Source of the DNA: Candidatus Oxydemutatoraceae bacterium | GTDB lineage: Bacteria > Pseudomonadota > Gammaproteobacteria > Poriferisulfidales > Oxydemutatoraceae | Length of the DNA stretch: 64,000 nt | Reading direction: 5' to 3' | Assembly (NCBI GenBank): GCA_965219575.1 | Contig: OZ244779.1 | Span: forward strand, 556,769-620,768 | Part shown: positions 20,108 to 30,035 of the stretch, piece after piece | Position numbering within the stretch: position 1 is the first letter of the stretch | How the letters are laid out: each line of letters opens with the position of its first letter | Program-made: the position numbers and the translations under genes | The notes under the pieces: generated by a model | Seen by the model: the letters and a program-made list of their open reading frames with translations, nothing else | What the model was told of the DNA's origin: nothing | The model's database searches: none

Positions 20108-20284
20108 TTACTTTGCCACTATCAACACGACGCTTGCCAAGAACACGCCGATGATCGAGGTCATTGCAACGATGCTTCCGATGAATAGTGCAACTCCCCA
20201 TTTACTAATATTCGCATGAAATGCCGACTGAGCTTCCTTCATTTCAACTATCATTTCGTATAGTTTTTCATTAGTTATTTTCAT
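20108..20284 (-). CDS. 58-aa coiled-coil + C-terminal TM protein (not in the ORF track)
   Basis: MKITNEKLYEMIVEMKEAQSAFHANISKWGVALFIGSIVAMTSIIGVFLASVVLIVAK with an AGGA RBS. Confidence 0.6.
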   Translation of the reverse strand: MKITNEKLYEMIVEMKEAQSAFHANISKWGVALFIGSIVAMTSIIGVFLASVVLIVAK

Positions 20285-20403
20285 CTGTTTTTTCCTATTA
20301 ATAAATTATAAATAAACATCTTGCTAAAGCAAGATGCTGCTTAGAAAAAGCAGTATATTTCGGTACTGATTAAGCACGACTCGGCAATCCGACGAACGGT
20401 AGC

Positions 20404-20748
20404 ATTCCCCTCCTTTGGAGGGGTGGCAGGCGTTAGCCTGACGGGGTGGTCGCAAAAGTGGGGCTGTTGAAAAAGTGCGGCATCGTACGAATCTAATCAC
20501 TTGCGCCATTTTGTTTTGGTTTCCATAAATTGGATGGATGAATGTATAAATCGTGTAGGCACAACGCGTTACGGGCGGACATGTTAGTCCGCCCCTACAG
20601 GTGGGTTGGATAATTATGTGGCGCAAAGCGATTGCAATTGTGCAAACACAGTACTTTTTCAACAGTCGCAAAAGTGTCTGTACAAATACAGTATCGGTAC
20701 ATTCCCCTCTTTTGAAGGGATGTCAGGCTACACCTAACGAGGCGGTCA
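20404..20748. mobile_element. Repeat locus 6: palindrome A + MITE-like element (20460-20667) + degenerate A
   Basis: TIRs gggctgttgaaaaagt / actttttcaacagtc, inner ttgcgcc arms and one GTAG-REP. Confidence 0.85.
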
Positions 20749-20755
20749 CAATGCG

Positions 20756-22945
20756 TTAATCTATTTCCAGCGGGTCTACATCAAAATGCCAGCGCATATC
20801 TTTCTGCACGGGCAAGGCTTCCACCTTTTTCATGAGTGCGGCGATGTAGCGGTTTAGCACGGCGGCACGCGGTGCTTCAAACAACATGCACGCACGGTGA
20901 TAGCCGGCTTTTTTCTCCATCGTTGCCGGTATCGGTGGATAAACATGTACCTGCATGTCTTGCGCCAACTGTTTTGCGTATCGTTCAACACGATTGAGAA
21001 ACTCAATGCTCAAGTTCGGCTGCCGCGCTTTCACACGGAGCAATGTTAAATGACAATACGGCGGTAGTCCCACCTGTTGCCGCGCCTCCAACAGCTCTGC
21101 CGATAATGCCGAATAGCCCTTCCGTAATAGGGTACGCAATAAAGGGTGTTCGGGGTGGTGAGTTTGCAAAACCACATCGCCGACCACATTGCCCCTTCCC
21201 GAGCGACCACCGACCTGCGTAATCAGCTGTGCCAATCGTTCGGTGCTGCGGAAATCGGGCGAGAACAATCCTTGATCCACATCCACGATGCAGGTTAGTG
21301 TGATCGCCGGCAGATGGTGTCCTTTGGTCAGTATCTGAGTGCCGACGATAATGTCAACCTGTTTTGCATGAATTTGCTCGAGCTGTCGGGCTAGTACGTC
21401 TTTACGACGGACGGCATCGGTATCTATCCTAACCGTGCGCGCATTCGGGAAAAGTGTTTGTATTTTCTCTTCTATTTGCTGGGTGCCTACCCCGATAGCT
21501 GCTAATGTATCCGATTGACATTTCGGGCATCGTTGCGGTATTGCGAATCTTGCATCGCAATGATGGCAGACGAGTTTATCGATGTGCTTATGATAGACAA
21601 GATAGGCGTTGCAATGTGTACAGGTCAACGCCTCTCCACATTGACGGCACATCATCAGCGGTGCATACCCCCTGCGATTGATAAACAGCAAAATCTGCTC
21701 TTGCTTTTTTATGCGGTCGTCGATCATGCGAATGAGTGGTTCGGACAAGCCACCGTCCAGCCATTTCCCGCGCACATCGATAATGCGGAAGTTCGGCATC
21801 GCCGCATTACCGGCGCGCCGCATAAGCCGTTGGTGTTTATAACGATTACCGAGTGCATTGTGCAAGGTCTCGAGGGCAGGCGTTGCACTGCCCAACAATA
21901 TTGGTATTTCCTCGAGCTGTGCGCGCTTAACCGACATATCACGCGCGTGATAGCGCAACGATTCCATTTGTTTATAAGAGCTATCGTGCTCTTCGTCGAC
22001 AACGATTAAACCCAGTTGCTTGAACGGCAAAAACGATGCCGAGCGTGTGCCGATAACGATTTGCACGGTGCCGTCCAATGCAAAGCTCCAGATACGTAGC
22101 CGCTCGTTATCGCTCAACCCGGAATGAAAAACCTGCACCGATTGACCGAAACGTTCTCTAAATCGCGCCACCGTTTGTATCGTCAACGCAATCTCCGGCA
22201 CTAAAACGAGTACTTGTTTTTTTTGTGCGAGGATAAACTCGCAGAGTTCCAAATAGATTTCTGTTTTCCCGCTACCGGTAACCCCTTCTAGTAAGGTGCA
22301 GGAAAAATTGCCACATTCGGCAAGCATCGCTTTCACCACGCGTTGTTGGTCGGCGTTGAGCTTGTGGCGCAGTGCCGAGCATGGTACGGTGATTTGTTCT
22401 TTTATCTTTACTTGCCGCCTTTCAACGCAACCTTTCTGCTCCAGACTTTTAAGCGAGGCGCGCCAGCCCTTAAACTCTATATCGAGCAATGTTTTATCGG
22501 CACCTTCTATTTTAGCGAGCCATTCAAGCAGTGCGCGTTGCTTGGATGCGCGCTTGGAAAGTTTGGTGTCTTGCGCTCGATCGCGACAAACCCGCCAAAC
22601 TTCTATGGTATCGGCCGGCAAAGATTTATCCGAACGAAGCAAACGCGGCAAAGCGACTTTTAGCACACCGCCGAGCGGATAATGGTAATACCATGATACC
22701 CATTTCAGCAACGACAACAAGCCGACGGGGATTACGGCTTTTTTGTCCACCACCCGAATGATCGGCTTTAGTTTTTCAACCGGCACTTCGGTATTTTGTT
22801 GTTGAGATATCACTATGCCGATACAATCTCTGCCTCGTAAGGAGATTTTTACCCGCATCCCTGGTTGCACCTTCTGCTCATTGGGCAAATAATCGAAGCA
22901 AGCGGGCATCGAGGAAGGGATCGCAATTCGCAGTACGGAAGTCAT
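20756..22945 (-). CDS. priA: Primosomal protein N'
   Basis: GVTGSGKTE, DEEHD, Cys-rich zinc region, QVGGRSGR and terminal DVDP. Confidence 0.97.
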   Translation of the reverse strand: MTSVLRIAIPSSMPACFDYLPNEQKVQPGMRVKISLRGRDCIGIVISQQQNTEVPVEKLKPIIRVVDKKAVIPVGLLSLLKWVSWYYHYPLGGVLKVALPRLLRSDKSLPADTIEVWRVCRDRAQDTKLSKRASKQRALLEWLAKIEGADKTLLDIEFKGWRASLKSLEQKGCVERRQVKIKEQITVPCSALRHKLNADQQRVVKAMLAECGNFSCTLLEGVTGSGKTEIYLELCEFILAQKKQVLVLVPEIALTIQTVARFRERFGQSVQVFHSGLSDNERLRIWSFALDGTVQIVIGTRSASFLPFKQLGLIVVDEEHDSSYKQMESLRYHARDMSVKRAQLEEIPILLGSATPALETLHNALGNRYKHQRLMRRAGNAAMPNFRIIDVRGKWLDGGLSEPLIRMIDDRIKKQEQILLFINRRGYAPLMMCRQCGEALTCTHCNAYLVYHKHIDKLVCHHCDARFAIPQRCPKCQSDTLAAIGVGTQQIEEKIQTLFPNARTVRIDTDAVRRKDVLARQLEQIHAKQVDIIVGTQILTKGHHLPAITLTCIVDVDQGLFSPDFRSTERLAQLITQVGGRSGRGNVVGDVVLQTHHPEHPLLRTLLRKGYSALSAELLEARQQVGLPPYCHLTLLRVKARQPNLSIEFLNRVERYAKQLAQDMQVHVYPPIPATMEKKAGYHRACMLFEAPRAAVLNRYIAALMKKVEALPVQKDMRWHFDVDPLEID

Positions 22946-23045
22946 AACATCGGATTATATAAAAGGGGTATTGTATCGTTATATCATAATCAATAATGAT
23001 GTATGATAGAGATCAATAGTATGCTTAGCTAAATCTCAAATCATC

Positions 23046-23429
23046 GTGGATCCCGTCAAGATATTAAATATAACCATAGGGGAAGACAACTATCCCATCC
23101 AAGTTCCCCGTTATATGCTGGAGGAAGGCGAGAGTTTTTTTGCCAAAGTGGATTCCGACATGGATTGCGGTTGGCAAATGAGCCGCCGGTGGGTAGAAAA
23201 TCCCGACACCGTTCAACGATGTCAAATTCTTGCCGACCGAATGCTCACCGCCATACAAACAAAAAATAATCAAATGGTCGGACTGGCAGCAGCGTATATA
23301 CTAAGTCGTCTGCCCGGCGTAAAGCATATAGACTTGGACACCACCGGCGATATCACCCTAACCCGCTTCGAGGTCGACGGTAAATCAATCCCCGACAATT
23401 CCCCTCCTGTGGAGGGGTGGCAGGCGTAG
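23046..23429 (+). CDS. Hypothetical protein with a repeat-derived C-terminal tail
   Basis: DSDMDCGWQMSRRWVENPD..QRCQI core; the last codons (NSPPVEGWQA*) lie inside palindrome A. Confidence 0.75.
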   Translation: MDPVKILNITIGEDNYPIQVPRYMLEEGESFFAKVDSDMDCGWQMSRRWVENPDTVQRCQILADRMLTAIQTKNNQMVGLAAAYILSRLPGVKHIDLDTTGDITLTRFEVDGKSIPDNSPPVEGWQA

Positions 23430-23751
23430 CCTGACGGGGTGGTTGCGGAAGTGGGGCTGTTGAAAAAGTATTTCATAGAGTGGTAGGGGCGGACTTACAT
23501 TAAATTGCCGATTGACCTACTGGCTCAATCGGCGGCTCTGTTCTGCCCGTAACGCGTTTTGCCTGCAAGATTTATACATTTATTCACCCGATTTATGGAA
23601 ACCAAAACCAAATGGCGCAAGCGGTTGAGCTTGTGCAGAATGGTATCGTTTTGGGCAGACACACAGGTCTGCCCCTACGGCTTGGTGGTTATTATAAATT
23701 CACGGCGCAAGCGGTTACAGTTGTGCAGTGATGATACTTTTTCAACAGCCC
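23397..23751. mobile_element. Repeat locus 7: palindrome A + MITE-like element (23453-23751)
   Basis: TIR pair, two inverted GTAG-REPs, D nested in the first REP. Confidence 0.85.
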
Positions 23752-23779
23752 ATAGCACTTCCCCTATAGATGCTATAAT

Positions 23780-24574
23780 TTGACTATGCAAACAGAAATT
23801 TCCCATACCAACCCCGAACAGTTTACGACAAAAAAAAGGCAACAGATAATATCACCCGACCGAGTGGTTTTAGGGGACTGTATGGAATTATTAAAACAGG
23901 TAGAAGAGGAGACTATAGATCTAATAGCAACAGATCCCCCTTATGAAATCGGCTATTCCAATTACGCATGGGATGCAAAAAACAAATTGAATTGGGATTA
24001 CTTGGCGGAAGAATTTAAGCGAGTTATCAAAACCAACGGTAGTTTGGTTATATTCCAAGGCTGGTCTAATGTTTCAAAAACTATAGCCCACCTCTCTAGG
24101 CATTTTTATCTGAAAAACTGGATTATTTACGACCGAGTCAAAGGTCGCGGAACAAAAACAAACCTTGTTTCTACCAGAGAAGATATATTATGGTTTGTCA
24201 ATGATAGAGACAACTATACCTATAACAAAATATCATCGAACATAAAAAAGAAGACCGGTGGCACCATAGGAAGGAAGAACGGCAACGAGTACAGAGCGAT
24301 GTCTAATGTATGGACGGACATCTCGCCCATTGTCCCTTGGAGTAAGGAAAGAGTTAATCATCCAACACAGAAATCTTTGCAACTGATGGACAGAATATTA
24401 GACATATTTAGTAACGAAGGCAATGTGGTGTTGGATTGTTTTGCCGGAAGTGGTAGCACAATAATATCCGCAATAAATAAAAATAGGAAATATATAGGCT
24501 TTGAGAACAATGCAGAGTATTTTCAAACCATGATAAACAGAATGAAGGAAATCAGAGAGTATAAATTATCGTAG
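23780..24574 (+). CDS. Orphan N4/N6 site-specific DNA methyltransferase (beta class)
   Basis: DPPY precedes HPTQK and DCFAGSGST; no adjacent endonuclease. Confidence 0.92.
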   Translation: MTMQTEISHTNPEQFTTKKRQQIISPDRVVLGDCMELLKQVEEETIDLIATDPPYEIGYSNYAWDAKNKLNWDYLAEEFKRVIKTNGSLVIFQGWSNVSKTIAHLSRHFYLKNWIIYDRVKGRGTKTNLVSTREDILWFVNDRDNYTYNKISSNIKKKTGGTIGRKNGNEYRAMSNVWTDISPIVPWSKERVNHPTQKSLQLMDRILDIFSNEGNVVLDCFAGSGSTIISAINKNRKYIGFENNAEYFQTMINRMKEIREYKLS

Positions 24575-24580
24575 ATATGA

Positions 24581-24835
24581 GGCTGTTGAAAAAATACTGT
24601 TCTGCAAAACCGTAACCGCTTTGCGCCATTGAATTTACGATAACCACCAAGCCGTAGGGGCGGACTGGCATGTCCGCCCTAAAGTGTCGTTCTGCACAGC
24701 TGTAATCGCTTGCGCCAACAAATAATGGTTTCCATAATATTAATGGGCGAACGCGTTAATCGTGCAAACATGATACGTTTCGGGCGGACATATAAGTCCG
24801 CCCCTACGGTTCGTGGATACTTTTTCAACAGTCCC
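24581..24835. mobile_element. Repeat locus 8: MITE-like element containing an inverted REP pair (REPIN-like)
   Basis: ggctgttgaaaaa ... tttttcaacagtccc; gtaggggcggac..gtccgccc and gggcggac..gtccgcccctac. Confidence 0.85.
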
Positions 24836-24877
24836 GATATCAAAGTGCCCTGATCGCCGGGTGAGCATATCAACCGG

Positions 24878-25888
24878 CTAGATATGCTCGTAGAGTTCGT
24901 CAAAAATTACTTTCATCGGAGGGCGTTCTCCCATTGGGAGACGCGTTGCGGTTGTTAGTGGTTGCAGTTCTCCTTCGTCATTGCGCACGGCAACCAAATA
25001 ACGAAACGGGTGCCTGCCGCCGGCCACAAAACGTAAATCGATCCACTTGACCCCTTCGGTGTCTTCTTCATAACGATAAAATCCTTTGGAAAAGCTAATC
25101 AGTTTGGCTAAATCGGAACCGGGGGTGGCAAATGTATTCAGTTTCTCTCGTTCCGGGTAGGCTATGGTTTGATTGAACACTATAGGTTTATTCGGACTCA
25201 CTATCGAATACCAAGCATTAAGGTTTGCATCTTCGGTCATCACCACAGCCCTCCAGATTAGGATATTAAAAGGTGAATTAAAGGTTTTTAGTTGTTGATA
25301 ATCAATTTCTTGCCGATCTAGTGCGGTCTCGAAGCGGTGGTTTGCGTAAGTCTTAAACACGATTGCCGTCATTATATATAAAGAGGTCAATGCGGCTATG
25401 GAGATCAAAACATGGCGACGATGCCCGATAGGTGTCTTTGATAGAGCGAAGTATGCAAGCGCGCCAATCAAAGGGATGGTATAAAAAGGATCTATGATGA
25501 ATAAGCTCGACAATGCATAAGGATAACGGGTGAACGGATAGAAGATTTGCGTGCCGTAAACTGTTACCAAGTCGAGAATGATATGCGTCGTAAAACACCA
25601 AAAGAACAACCAGAACCATTGTTTGGCGGATAATGCGGTTTGCGGCGCGAGCCACACAAACAGTCTAGAGAACAAATAGGCGGCAAAAGGAACGACGATA
25701 AACGAGTGCGTCACACCTCTGTGGGAAACCAGCCTGCTTACATCGTCGGCAAAAAAGCTGTGGATGATATCCAAGTCGGGAAGCGTGCCGGCCAATGCGC
25801 CCCAAAGCAATACTTTTTTAGAGGTCTGCTTGCCGGCACTAATACCGGCCACCGTGGCACCTAGCGCCGCTTGTGTAATCGAGTCCAT
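24878..25888 (-). CDS. Inner-membrane metal-dependent hydrolase (YdjM-like)
   Basis: MDSITQAALG, LPDLD, HRGVTHS and H..LD..T.YGT motifs. Confidence 0.9.
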   Translation of the reverse strand: MDSITQAALGATVAGISAGKQTSKKVLLWGALAGTLPDLDIIHSFFADDVSRLVSHRGVTHSFIVVPFAAYLFSRLFVWLAPQTALSAKQWFWLFFWCFTTHIILDLVTVYGTQIFYPFTRYPYALSSLFIIDPFYTIPLIGALAYFALSKTPIGHRRHVLISIAALTSLYIMTAIVFKTYANHRFETALDRQEIDYQQLKTFNSPFNILIWRAVVMTEDANLNAWYSIVSPNKPIVFNQTIAYPEREKLNTFATPGSDLAKLISFSKGFYRYEEDTEGVKWIDLRFVAGGRHPFRYLVAVRNDEGELQPLTTATRLPMGERPPMKVIFDELYEHI

Positions 25889-26193
25889 TAAAAGAAAAAA
25901 TTCGGTCTATGTCAAACGATAGAAATAATATCTCTCCATGCGATTGCGGTAATTATATAAATATCCCGTTTTAGATTCATTAATATCTGTCTGAAATGCG
26001 GTTGTCACACAATACGCTACAGATATTTTAATACCAATGAAATAACTTTTCAGTCCGAGGCTGTCAAATTCAAACAGCGATTAGGACTAAAATACTTAAT
26101 ATTTTTACAAAATTACCCTATACTTCGTTATACTTTATACTATAATCCCTCTCGCATGATATTCCGAACAATTATAACCTTATATGGATAGCT

Positions 26194-28530
26194 ATGGCTG
26201 AGAATCTTTTAATCGTAGAATCCCCCGCCAAGTCCAAGACCATTAAAAAGTATCTTGGACCCAGCTTTGAGGTAATGGCATCTTACGGCCATGTCAGGGA
26301 TTTGGTGTCGCAGGAAGGCGCGGTAGACCCGAGCAATAATTTTGCTATGAACTATCAAGTGATCAAAGATAGTGTCAAACATGTTCGTAAAATAGAACAG
26401 ACCTTAAAGAAATCGAAGAATCTTTATCTGGCAACCGACCCGGATCGTGAAGGCGAGGCAATCTCATGGCATCTTTACGAGATACTCAAAGAGAAAGGAA
26501 CAATCAAAGACAAGGGAGTATATCGCGTGGTGTTCCATGAGATTACACAACGAGCCGTCTCCGATGCAATTGCAAATCCCCGCCAACTGTCGGATGATTT
26601 AGTTAATGCACAGCAAGCGCGGCGAGCTTTGGATCATCTGGTCGGCTTCAATTTGTCGCCACTTTTATGGCGTAAAGTGCAACAAGGGCTTTCCGCCGGG
26701 CGTGTGCAGAGCCCTGCCTTGCGCCTATTGGTAGAGCGAGAAGAAGAGATAGAAAAATTTAAGGCGCAAGAGTATTGGACTCTGGAGGCACTCTCCGAAA
26801 AAGAAAACACGCCTTTTAATGCCAAGTTATTCGAACTAGAAGGTCAAAAGCTCAAACAATTCGATATCGACAACGAAGCACAGGCAAACGAAATACGCGA
26901 AACCATTCTTGAAAAAGCACAACACCGCTTAAAAGTTAGCCGTTGCGAAAAAAAGCAACGCAAACGATACCCGTCGCCGCCCTTTATCACCTCCACACTA
27001 CAACAAGAAAGCGTACGCAAATTATATTTTTCGTCGTCGCGCACGATGCGTATCGCGCAGCAGTTGTACGAAGGTATTGATTTAGGTTCCGGCCCCGTGG
27101 GGTTAATCAGTTATATGCGCACCGATTCGGTGACGCTTGCGGATGAAGCGGTTAGCGAACTGCGTGCCTACATCAAATCGCAATTCGGCGCGGATAGGCT
27201 ACCGCCTAAAGCCGTGAAATACAAAACTAAATCAAAAAATGCACAGGAAGCGCACGAAGCCATCCGTCCGACTTCGGTAAAACGCACTCCCGAACAAGTC
27301 AAAGCCTATCTGAATACCGACCAATATAAGTTGTACGACTTGATTTGGAAAAGGACAGTTGCATGTCAAATGATCCATGCAACTTTGGATACCGTGACCG
27401 CCGACTTGTCGTGCCGGGAATACTGCATCTTTAGAGCGACCGGTTCTACTATCAAAGACCCGGGATTTATGTCCGTCTACACCGAGGACAGCGACAAAAA
27501 CAACGATGCAAAAACCGGTAAAACAGTTTCTGCAACGGAGAAGAAACTGCCACCGTTGAACGAAGGAGAGGAAGTGCCGTTGAAAGAATTAACCGCATCG
27601 CAGCATTTTACCGAACCACCCCCCCGCTACAGTGAAGCATCGTTGATAAAAACACTGGAGGAATACGGGATTGGACGCCCCTCTACTTACGCAAGCATTA
27701 TTTCTACGCTACAATATCGGAAATATGCAACTCTGGAAAAACGTCGTTTTTATCCGACATCGACGGGGCGGATCGTCAGCAAGTTTCTAACTAATCACTT
27801 CTCGGATTATGTGGATTATGATTTCACGGCAAACTTGGAAAATGTTCTGGACGAGATATCACGAGGTGAAAAGACATGGATTCCGGTACTCGAAGAATTT
27901 TGGCAACCCTTCAAGCAACTAGTGGACGAAAAAAGAGAGACGGTAACAAAAGCCGAAGCAGCGAATGAACGTGTCTTGGGGGTTGACCCCAAAACCAACA
28001 AGCCGGTGAGCGTGCGTTATGGGCGTTATGGTCCCTATGTTCAAATAGGCACCAAAGACGACGAAGAGAAACCGCGTTTTGCATCGCTCAGACAGGGACA
28101 AAAAGTAGAGACGATCGGTTTTGAAGAAGCGATGGAATTGTTCAAACTCCCTCGTGATTTGGGCGAAACTCCGGACGGAGAGCCGGTGTCGGCGGGGATC
28201 GGGAGATACGGACCGTTTATTAAGTACGGCAAAAAATATGTTTCGCTCAAGGAAGATGATCCGCATGAAATTGACCTTAAACGCGCATTGGTGGTAATTG
28301 CCGAGAAAAAACAAGCGGATGCAGACAAAATTATTGCGGATTTTTCCGAACACAAAATACAAGTATTAAACGGACGCTACGGTCCTTATGTCACCGACGG
28401 TTCTAAAAATGCAAAAATACCCAAAGAACAAGAACCGTCGACTTTGACTCTGGAGCAATGTCGAGAACTTATAGCTAAAGCACCCGAGAAACGCAAGCGA
28501 GCACCGCCAAAGAAAAAAGCTAAAGCCTAA
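26194..28530 (+). CDS. topA: DNA topoisomerase I
   Basis: IVESPAK, ATDPDREGE, SAGRVQS, YMRTDS, GIGRPSTY and C-terminal GRYGPY repeats. Confidence 0.98.
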   Translation: MAENLLIVESPAKSKTIKKYLGPSFEVMASYGHVRDLVSQEGAVDPSNNFAMNYQVIKDSVKHVRKIEQTLKKSKNLYLATDPDREGEAISWHLYEILKEKGTIKDKGVYRVVFHEITQRAVSDAIANPRQLSDDLVNAQQARRALDHLVGFNLSPLLWRKVQQGLSAGRVQSPALRLLVEREEEIEKFKAQEYWTLEALSEKENTPFNAKLFELEGQKLKQFDIDNEAQANEIRETILEKAQHRLKVSRCEKKQRKRYPSPPFITSTLQQESVRKLYFSSSRTMRIAQQLYEGIDLGSGPVGLISYMRTDSVTLADEAVSELRAYIKSQFGADRLPPKAVKYKTKSKNAQEAHEAIRPTSVKRTPEQVKAYLNTDQYKLYDLIWKRTVACQMIHATLDTVTADLSCREYCIFRATGSTIKDPGFMSVYTEDSDKNNDAKTGKTVSATEKKLPPLNEGEEVPLKELTASQHFTEPPPRYSEASLIKTLEEYGIGRPSTYASIISTLQYRKYATLEKRRFYPTSTGRIVSKFLTNHFSDYVDYDFTANLENVLDEISRGEKTWIPVLEEFWQPFKQLVDEKRETVTKAEAANERVLGVDPKTNKPVSVRYGRYGPYVQIGTKDDEEKPRFASLRQGQKVETIGFEEAMELFKLPRDLGETPDGEPVSAGIGRYGPFIKYGKKYVSLKEDDPHEIDLKRALVVIAEKKQADADKIIADFSEHKIQVLNGRYGPYVTDGSKNAKIPKEQEPSTLTLEQCRELIAKAPEKRKRAPPKKKAKA

Positions 28531-29571
28531 GTGGTCATCTCGGATCGTTTATTGAAATGGTATGCCCGTGCCGGGCGAACCGATTTGCCCTGGCAACGCA
28601 AGGTGTCGGCTTATCGGGTGTGGGTCTCCGAAATCATGCTTCAACAAACGCAGGTGCAAACGGTCATACCGTATTATCGTCGCTTCATCAATCGTTTTCC
28701 GAGTCTCAGATCGCTAGCCGATGCGCCTTTGTCGGAGGTGATCGAACACTGGGCAGGGTTGGGATACTATGCGCGCGCTAGAAATTTACACCGCACGGCG
28801 CGCCTGATAAGAAAACATCACGGTGGTCGTTTTCCGAAAGATAAAAATACTTTGATGGAATTGCCCGGTATCGGTCGTTCTACCGCAGGTGCAATCCTAG
28901 CACTTAGCTATAACCAAAGGCATCCCATTCTGGACGGCAATGTCAAACGCGTACTCGCCCGTCATGCCGATATTGCAGGGTGGCCGGGAACGGCATCGGT
29001 GAACCGTGCTTTGTGGGAACAAGCGGAGGAATATTTGCCGGAACAAAACATAGCACAATATACGCAAGCACTGATGGATTTGGGGGCAATGATATGCACA
29101 AAAACACAACCTCGATGCGCACTTTGCCCGATCTCGTCGGATTGCCTTGCCAGAAAAGCCGGGCGTATAGCCGAACGTCCTCAGCCACCGCCGACAAAAA
29201 TAAAACCACACCGCCATATATTTATGTTAATGGCAATATACAAAGACCGTCTTTTGCTCGAGCGCAGACCGATGTCGGGAATATGGGGTGGATTATTGAG
29301 TTTCCCGGAGATGGGTAGCGAAAAGGAAGCCAGAGCATGGTGTCGAAGACGGCTCGGATACATTCGAAACGCAAGGTGTCTGCCGTCGTTCAAACATCAA
29401 TTTACCCATTTCTCATTGACCATAACACCTTTAGAGGCAAGGCTTTCAAAAATTCATTCGCAAATAAGCGAGGAAAATCACCTCGTTTGGTGTAAACTTT
29501 TATCCTCAATCAACGGTGTGCCTGCACCCGTTAAGAAACTGATAACACAACTGCAAAAAACTAAAAGATAG
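28531..29571 (+). CDS. mutY: A/G-specific adenine glycosylase
   Basis: VSEIMLQQTQV, WAGLGYY, LPGIG, DGNVKRV and Fe-S Cys cluster. Confidence 0.97.
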   Translation: MVISDRLLKWYARAGRTDLPWQRKVSAYRVWVSEIMLQQTQVQTVIPYYRRFINRFPSLRSLADAPLSEVIEHWAGLGYYARARNLHRTARLIRKHHGGRFPKDKNTLMELPGIGRSTAGAILALSYNQRHPILDGNVKRVLARHADIAGWPGTASVNRALWEQAEEYLPEQNIAQYTQALMDLGAMICTKTQPRCALCPISSDCLARKAGRIAERPQPPPTKIKPHRHIFMLMAIYKDRLLLERRPMSGIWGGLLSFPEMGSEKEARAWCRRRLGYIRNARCLPSFKHQFTHFSLTITPLEARLSKIHSQISEENHLVWCKLLSSINGVPAPVKKLITQLQKTKR

Positions 29572-29574
29572 ACG

Positions 29575-29847
29575 ATGACCCGCAAAGTTCACTGTTTGAA
29601 ACTAGGGAAAGAAGCCGAAGGCTTGGATTATGTGCCTTATCCGGGTGAACTCGGACAACGTGTTTACGATAATATCAGCGCGCAAGTGTGGGAACAATGG
29701 GTCAACCATCAAACCATGTTGATCAACGAGTATCGTCTCACCCCGATGGAACCTAAAGCGCGCAAATTCCTCGAGGATGAGATGGAAAAATTTCTGTTCG
29801 GTGAAGGCTCCGAAAAACCCAAGGAGTTTGTCGACCCGAATGAATAG
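29575..29847 (+). CDS. yggX: Fe(II)-trafficking / oxidative damage protection protein
   Basis: YPGELG and [12 protein letters not shown]; follows mutY. Confidence 0.95.
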   Translation: MTRKVHCLKLGKEAEGLDYVPYPGELGQRVYDNISAQVWEQWVNHQTMLINEYRLTPMEPKARKFLEDEMEKFLFGEGSEKPKEFVDPNE

Positions 29848-29892
29848 TCGTCTTGGACGATGATGCTAAATATTCGGCAACCATAACGGCAC

Positions 29893-29968
<76 letters not shown>

Positions 29969-30035
29969 TCGTTGTGAAACCCGTTTGCGACTATCCGACC
30001 CGGTGCATTTATAGACTATAAAATGAAGTAAGGAA

